Assembly (NCBI GenBank): GCA_051362555.1
Contig: CM120642.1
Location: 30,690,001 to 30,754,000 of the forward strand
DNA length: 64,000 nucleotides
Origin: Lingula anatina
Taxonomy: Eukaryota; Animalia; Brachiopoda
Direction: 5' to 3'
The translations under genes were made by a program, and so were the position numbers. Below, piece by piece: positions 58,901 through 64,000 of the stretch. The stretch's first letter is position 1. The number at the start of each line of letters is the position of its first letter. Below the pieces are notes generated by a model, which saw nothing but the letters and a program-made list of their open reading frames with translations, made no database searches and had not been told where the DNA came from.

Positions 58901-61900
58901 GAATCTGTCAATGTACATGATTCTGATTAAACCATACTGGATAAGTTGTGACACTACCCCTTCCCTGAATATCAGTCTAATGCAATCTCACCTCTGTTTC
59001 ACTCTTGAGACAGACTTTCAAATACATAATTCATTACAACACTTCAAATTTTCCATATATTATATACATTTATAGTTATTGAAAAAAAAAACATTCCTTC
59101 TAACAACAGGCTAGTATGCTTCTTTTAACTTCTTTCTGTGGGGAATACTACCACTAAAGTGTTGTTTTGGGAAAGACATCAACTCTAAGGCTGCACTCAG
59201 AACAGTGGAATAACGAATCCACGATTCAAATATGGCAACCCACTAAAAAGCTTGTCGTCTCATCCACTAATGGACACTGAATAGATTCTCCATGGGGAAG
59301 TATTCAAGTGGCTCCACTGTTAGTCCACTGTTCTGAATGAGGCCCAAGAACAAATCACACCACTGTCTAAGGGTCTATTCCCACAACTTTAGATCGATCT
59401 ATCACCGCGGGGAGTCTCACCAGACTACCGTCAGATAATCCCCCTTAAGGGTTCCCCTGCCCACTACAAGCCGTAAGGGGCAATTAACTTTCGTGTCCGC
59501 CCGGCTGACAGCTATTCAGCGCGAACCCCCAGGGAGTTAGGTCGATCCAAAGTTGGTCGATCTAATCTATGGAAATGGGGTGTAAGCCATCTACTCACAG
59601 ATGTAGCGGGGTGTCTCCGTATATACTACTACCATGGGGTTCGGCCTGGTGCTGAAGTAAGTAGTGCAGTATTGCTAGGTGACCAGATTTACAGCAGAAA
59701 TGGACTGGACGGTGCTGCTCATCATCCATTACATTTACTGGAACGAACAGAATTAATGTAAATGTGACAAAAAATTTGAACAAAATAAATCTATTCCATT
59801 TAGTTCAAAGATGCATTGTTCTTTTTTGTTTGCTTGTTTGTTGTTTTTTTTCTTTTCAAGAATAAATAGGTATGCAGCAACAAGAACCTTTATAAAATGT
59901 TGGATCATTTTTATCCATTTGCAATAAACATCCTATGTGCTGCAAGTACAGGTATTTTATAAGAAGCGTCACATATGATAACCCACTATCACAAGAAGCT
60001 AGCTCTAACTTAAAAAATTAAAAGTATTTTAATAGTTTTATTGCTTTCTCACAAACTGCTTTCAGGCATGTTCTATGTGAATTGTCACAGAAGGCAAAAT
60101 CTTCATGCTAAACAAAGTACACCCCACTGTGACCATAATTTCACTTGGTCGACTCTAAGTGTCAATATCTCGTACCATCAGCTTTCTGGCCTGGTCTCCC
60201 CTCCACCAGAAACTGTGTAATCCTGAGGTAACCCTTACTGCAGGCCAGGTGAATAGGACGGTCTCCCACTCCCCCACTGATGTTAATGTCCGCCCCATGC
60301 TGGATTAGATCTTCTACAACCTGAATGTGAAACATGTATGGACTGTATGAAGCATGGGTACTTGGGATGACTTGTGGTAACTCTAAGTAGAATTCTTGGG
60401 ATTCTACACAGTTTTATTATTTTTTCTATTCATTGGTTGGAATATCTTTTTACCAATCAGACATACAAACTATGAGGTAGCTTAAAAAAGACAAAGCATT
60501 TGATACTGCACTTCTATCAAGTATTGTACAAATCCTAGGTGACAACAAAAAAAGCTAACACGTGTCACTATTAAGGTACTTTAAAAGAACAATAAAGCAA
60601 TACTTCCTACCTTTTCATGTCCAAAGTAACAAGCTATATGAAGTGGTGAAAACTTCACACCATCAGCTGCATTGACGTCTGCCCCTTGGTTAAGTAATAA
60701 CTTGACAACCTGACACAAAACACCAAATGTCACCACATAACCAAGAAAACACAACACAGAGGTGTATTTATCTATTTATGCTAAACTTACTCGATTTTCA
60801 ACCCATAAATGATAAGACTTTTAGCTCTTTTTGAATGCAATTTGACCATAAATATATATGCAATACCACATGAAAAATAATCTTTTAATAAAATGGCTTG
60901 AATTAGCAATTATTACTTATCATTTAGAAAGTCTGACAAATTAGTGCACACCTGAAGTGCAACTCTGAAAATGAGGAAAAATATCATTTTAGAAAAATAA
61001 AGGATTAAACTTTATATGGCTTCACTCTGCCAAATTATAATTATTCAGTACCACTTACTTCATCATGGCCGCACATGACTGCTATGTGCAGTGCTGTAAT
61101 ATCACTGTAGCCAGTCTGGGCAAGATCTGCTTCTCCCTCCAGCAAACTCTGAATTAGGTCAACATCACCCTGGGAGAAAACACAATAGGATAAATTTATT
61201 GTACTCTGATATTTTATTAGGTCAACATCACCCTGAGAGAATTGTGTTGAATTCTTATCTTGATCATACTATTAACCAAAACCATATATAAATTTAACTT
61301 TTATCAAAATTAAACTTATATCAAAATGCAGTGTGTTCTCTGTTTGTTTATTTGTACTTTTCAATTCTTTTTTCAAATCTAAGTCTAAGAGCTGCCTAGG
61401 AGATAACTGATGAATAAAGACTTTATACACACCCTGTAACAAGCAAGGTGCAGAGGAGAGTATCCATTCTTGCTGAGGGCAGTGGGCTTGCTTCCCTTCT
61501 TAAGAAGACACTTAATGTGGTCTTTATTAGAGCCTGAAGAAAAAAAGGGTAAAAATAAATGTTTGTATAATCATAAATATACATCTACCTGATTAATGCT
61601 TTCAATCTTCTGATCAATCAAATGTTATGTTTTATACTTATGTTCAAATCCTTGAAATTATGCGACATCTATTTTATTACAGAAGATGGAAGTCATTATG
61701 TATTACCCTGTATATAATTGTTGTATATCTGTAGTGGTGCTTAATTACAGAATCCATTAGCAGTTATCACAGTAGGCCCAAAATATGTATACAGTTAGCA
61801 GTGAAACTTATGTTGACATGTTTAAACACTACATAGAGCAATTAAAAGTTCTACCTGTGGCAATGCAGCCAATGTGTAACAGTGACAAAGAGCTGTCTTT

Positions 61901-62513
61901 CTCTACATTGTCTTCATTCAGGAGTTCATTCACCTTACTGGTATCACCTCGGCTAAAACAGTACAAAATGTTTGATTAAGTTACATGTAGTAAGAGATGA
62001 ACTGAATATATATGAGCTGTACAGTAATAAAGCTACTTTAAAGAAATTATATGAAAATAATTTCTTTTGATCTTCAAATTATTATCAATGACAAAAATAC
62101 CAAAGAAGAAGATAACCAAAGGCCTTAATAAATACACAGGATGCCACTGGTTTGAACAATATTTGTCATTGCCATCAATTAACAAGCTAGACTGATATCA
62201 ATAAATATCTATAAATATAGCATGCTCCAAGCACCTGCAGGCTTGCTGTAACTCAGTCCATTCTGCATCTCGTATCCTCAAGTCTTCTATCAATCGGGAT
62301 CTCAACACAGCATAACTCTCACTGATCTTCTTCTTTAACTCATCTGAAACAAAAAGATGTCTACATGTATATATACTCCAGATTTTACTTCAGAGATTGA
62401 AAACAAGAGTGCTAATCAACACATGAAACTTTGCGTTAAGGGTATTTTGGTAAAAATAAAGCAAATTTATTACCCCCACAAGACACAGTAGGTCTTGACT
62501 TATAGTTCCCCAT
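52707..62513 (-). CDS. TNNI3K: Ankyrin-repeat serine/threonine kinase TNNI3K, 22 coding exons
   Basis: Exons 62513-62474 (MGNYKSRP), 62343-62235, 61952-61855, 61533-61433, 61169-61059, 60709-60611, 60320-60176, 59737-59599, 58787-58683, 58303-58209, 57973-57818, 57368-57225 ([15 protein letters not shown]), 56830-56680 ([12 protein letters not shown]), 56302-56176, 55756-55689, 55435-55278 ([11 protein letters not shown]), 54797-54745, 54503-54371 (NLRWMAPE), 54126-54017, 53861-53620, 53229-53171 and 52822-52707 (GYVSDP...*). Confidence 0.96.
55441..55491. repeat. (AAT)n microsatellite abutting a TNNI3K splice acceptor
   Basis: Read directly from the sequence. The acceptor AG is at 55437-55436 on the minus strand. 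Confidence 0.95.
55912..55961. repeat. (AT)n microsatellite
   Basis: Read directly from the sequence. Confidence 0.95.
59189..59345. mobile_element. MITE, same family as 21275-21448
   Basis: TIRs ggctgcactcagaacagtgga / tccactgttctgaatgaggcc. Confidence 0.6.
59371..59580. mobile_element. Foldback MITE related to 41030-41270
   Basis: Shared gatctatc..gggagtctcac, gtaagggg.aatta and ttaggtcgatcca..gatcgat motifs in the same order. Confidence 0.55.
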
Positions 62514-63597
62514 CACTACTCCATGTACATGTTCCTCTACCACACATTATCTTCTAATCTTCTATATCACATGTCTGGTGCCTGCCAAGTCAAGCATGCA
62601 GTCTAGCTGTTATCAGCTAGAAAAGAAAAATGAAGAATATAACTACATGATAACATGACCCATTTATGGATTTTGTTCCAGTTTTTTTTCTGTCTGTGCA
62701 CATGGGAGCAGTCGTAAGCATAAAATATTCGCTTGCCCCGACCCCCCCCCCCCCCCTCCCCAGAGCCACCCCACCTTTTAACCACCCACTCGATACCTGC
62801 AATTTGAACCCACCATTGCTGGGGAACTGCCATAGGAGATATGTGGTCATGAAGTAGCAGTTACCCTATGTCTATAGGTCAACAAGCTACAACTCAGCCT
62901 CACAAAAATGTGGTTCATGGAGAAAAAAATGTGTTTTCCTTTACATTGTAGTACATGTACTTTACATACTGGCTCACACTAACTAGTAACTTGAAAGCCA
63001 TGTAGAATTGTCGATTCATTGGTTTTCTCGTCTACTCGTACTGAATATCTGATAATTATGAATCAAACATCCGTTGCCTAAGGTATTCACATAACTTTGT
63101 TTGAGGTAGGTAACCAAAAAATTCAGAAATACCAAAATATGTACCTCCTCCATAGTTGCAGCCGAGCAAGCATGGGCGCCGCCATATTTCCAAGACGCAC
63201 TCAACGACTAAACCAGACGAAATGTTCCACTTATAGGATTTACACTGAGTTTCGCCTTGGACATAATGACCAAGCCCAAATCTATCCATGAATTTGCTGG
63301 TTAACCTGAAATAATGGCATTTTTAAATATAAAAAAATATATTATTATCTTGTAGCTAAGGAAAGATCTCGTAATTTTTCAATTAAAATAGGCCTACATA
63401 TAGGCTAGTTAATTTAATCTAAGCTTACGTTACTTTCCGTCTGTTTTTTTTTTTTTTTTTTTTTTATTGTAGGGGATTGTAAGGGACGACAACTTTGTTA
63501 GAACATAAGGGTCTGTCTGATTATGAAAATGCAGGAGCACATTAAGGAGGGGTGATACCGGGCACTTTTCCCCCATAACCTCCCCCCACCCCACCCC

Positions 63598-63598
<1 letters not shown>

Positions 63599-63633
<35 letters not shown>
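63599..63633. repeat. (AC)n microsatellite
   Basis: Read directly from the sequence. Confidence 0.9.
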
Positions 63634-63635
<2 letters not shown>

Positions 63636-64000
63636 AGTGAAAAGTGATACAGCCAACCTATCTTAATCCTAGACAAAATCAAATAGATGTATAGAGATTT
63701 TTTTTCATTCCTTGTCCTACATGTAGGCCCTACTGGTATACATCCTAGTAAAATTACCACGATTTATTACTTTATAGACAAAGAGCGAGGCTTTTTTCTG
63801 TTTGTCCTCAGCTCTCCACATTGATAAAATTCGGTCCCGCCAATGAAATAAATAAATAAAATTTGGTTCATCTAGATTACACGTATAAAAGATTTTAGAT
63901 GATTTTTTTCTTTCTCTCTTGGTAAGGTCTATGTCAATGAATTTGTAAATGGACCATATAAAGATTTCCGCTGTGATTGAAAAAGAAAGAATTAAATATT

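Noticed and set aside
63016-63291. Short ORFs upstream of TNNI3K as an N-terminal extension or FPGT fusion
   Set aside because: The conserved MGNYKS start is at 62513 and I see no FPGT similarity. This region is more likely a non-coding first exon or promoter.

Overview
AT-rich, intron-rich eukaryotic DNA from an invertebrate animal, probably a lophotrochozoan such as a mollusc (inference). Genes were rebuilt by hand from splice sites and reading phase. In order: the 3' part of a GABA-B-receptor-like Venus-flytrap gene that ends in a GPI-like tail instead of a 7TM (+); an intronless TIR plus helical-repeat gene (-); DDAH (-, about 22 kb, with an intact 5'-truncated LINE and a 2.2 kb TIR element in intron 1); tRNA-Gln(UUG); a membrane-anchored DUF985/Cupin_5 gene with two alternative N-terminal exons (+); a secreted fibrinogen-domain lectin (-); RPL35 (-) hosting three box C/D snoRNAs; ARPC5 (+) with a U12 intron, head-to-head with RPL35; and TNNI3K (-). 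The most striking observation is that DDAH has three tandem, homologous, intact alternative last exons. Each encodes the strand carrying the catalytic nucleophile, with Cys, Gly or Ser at that position, so splicing could switch the product between enzyme and pseudo-enzyme. A G-U-containing RNA stem follows the shared upstream donor. All family assignments come from motif recognition; no database search was run.
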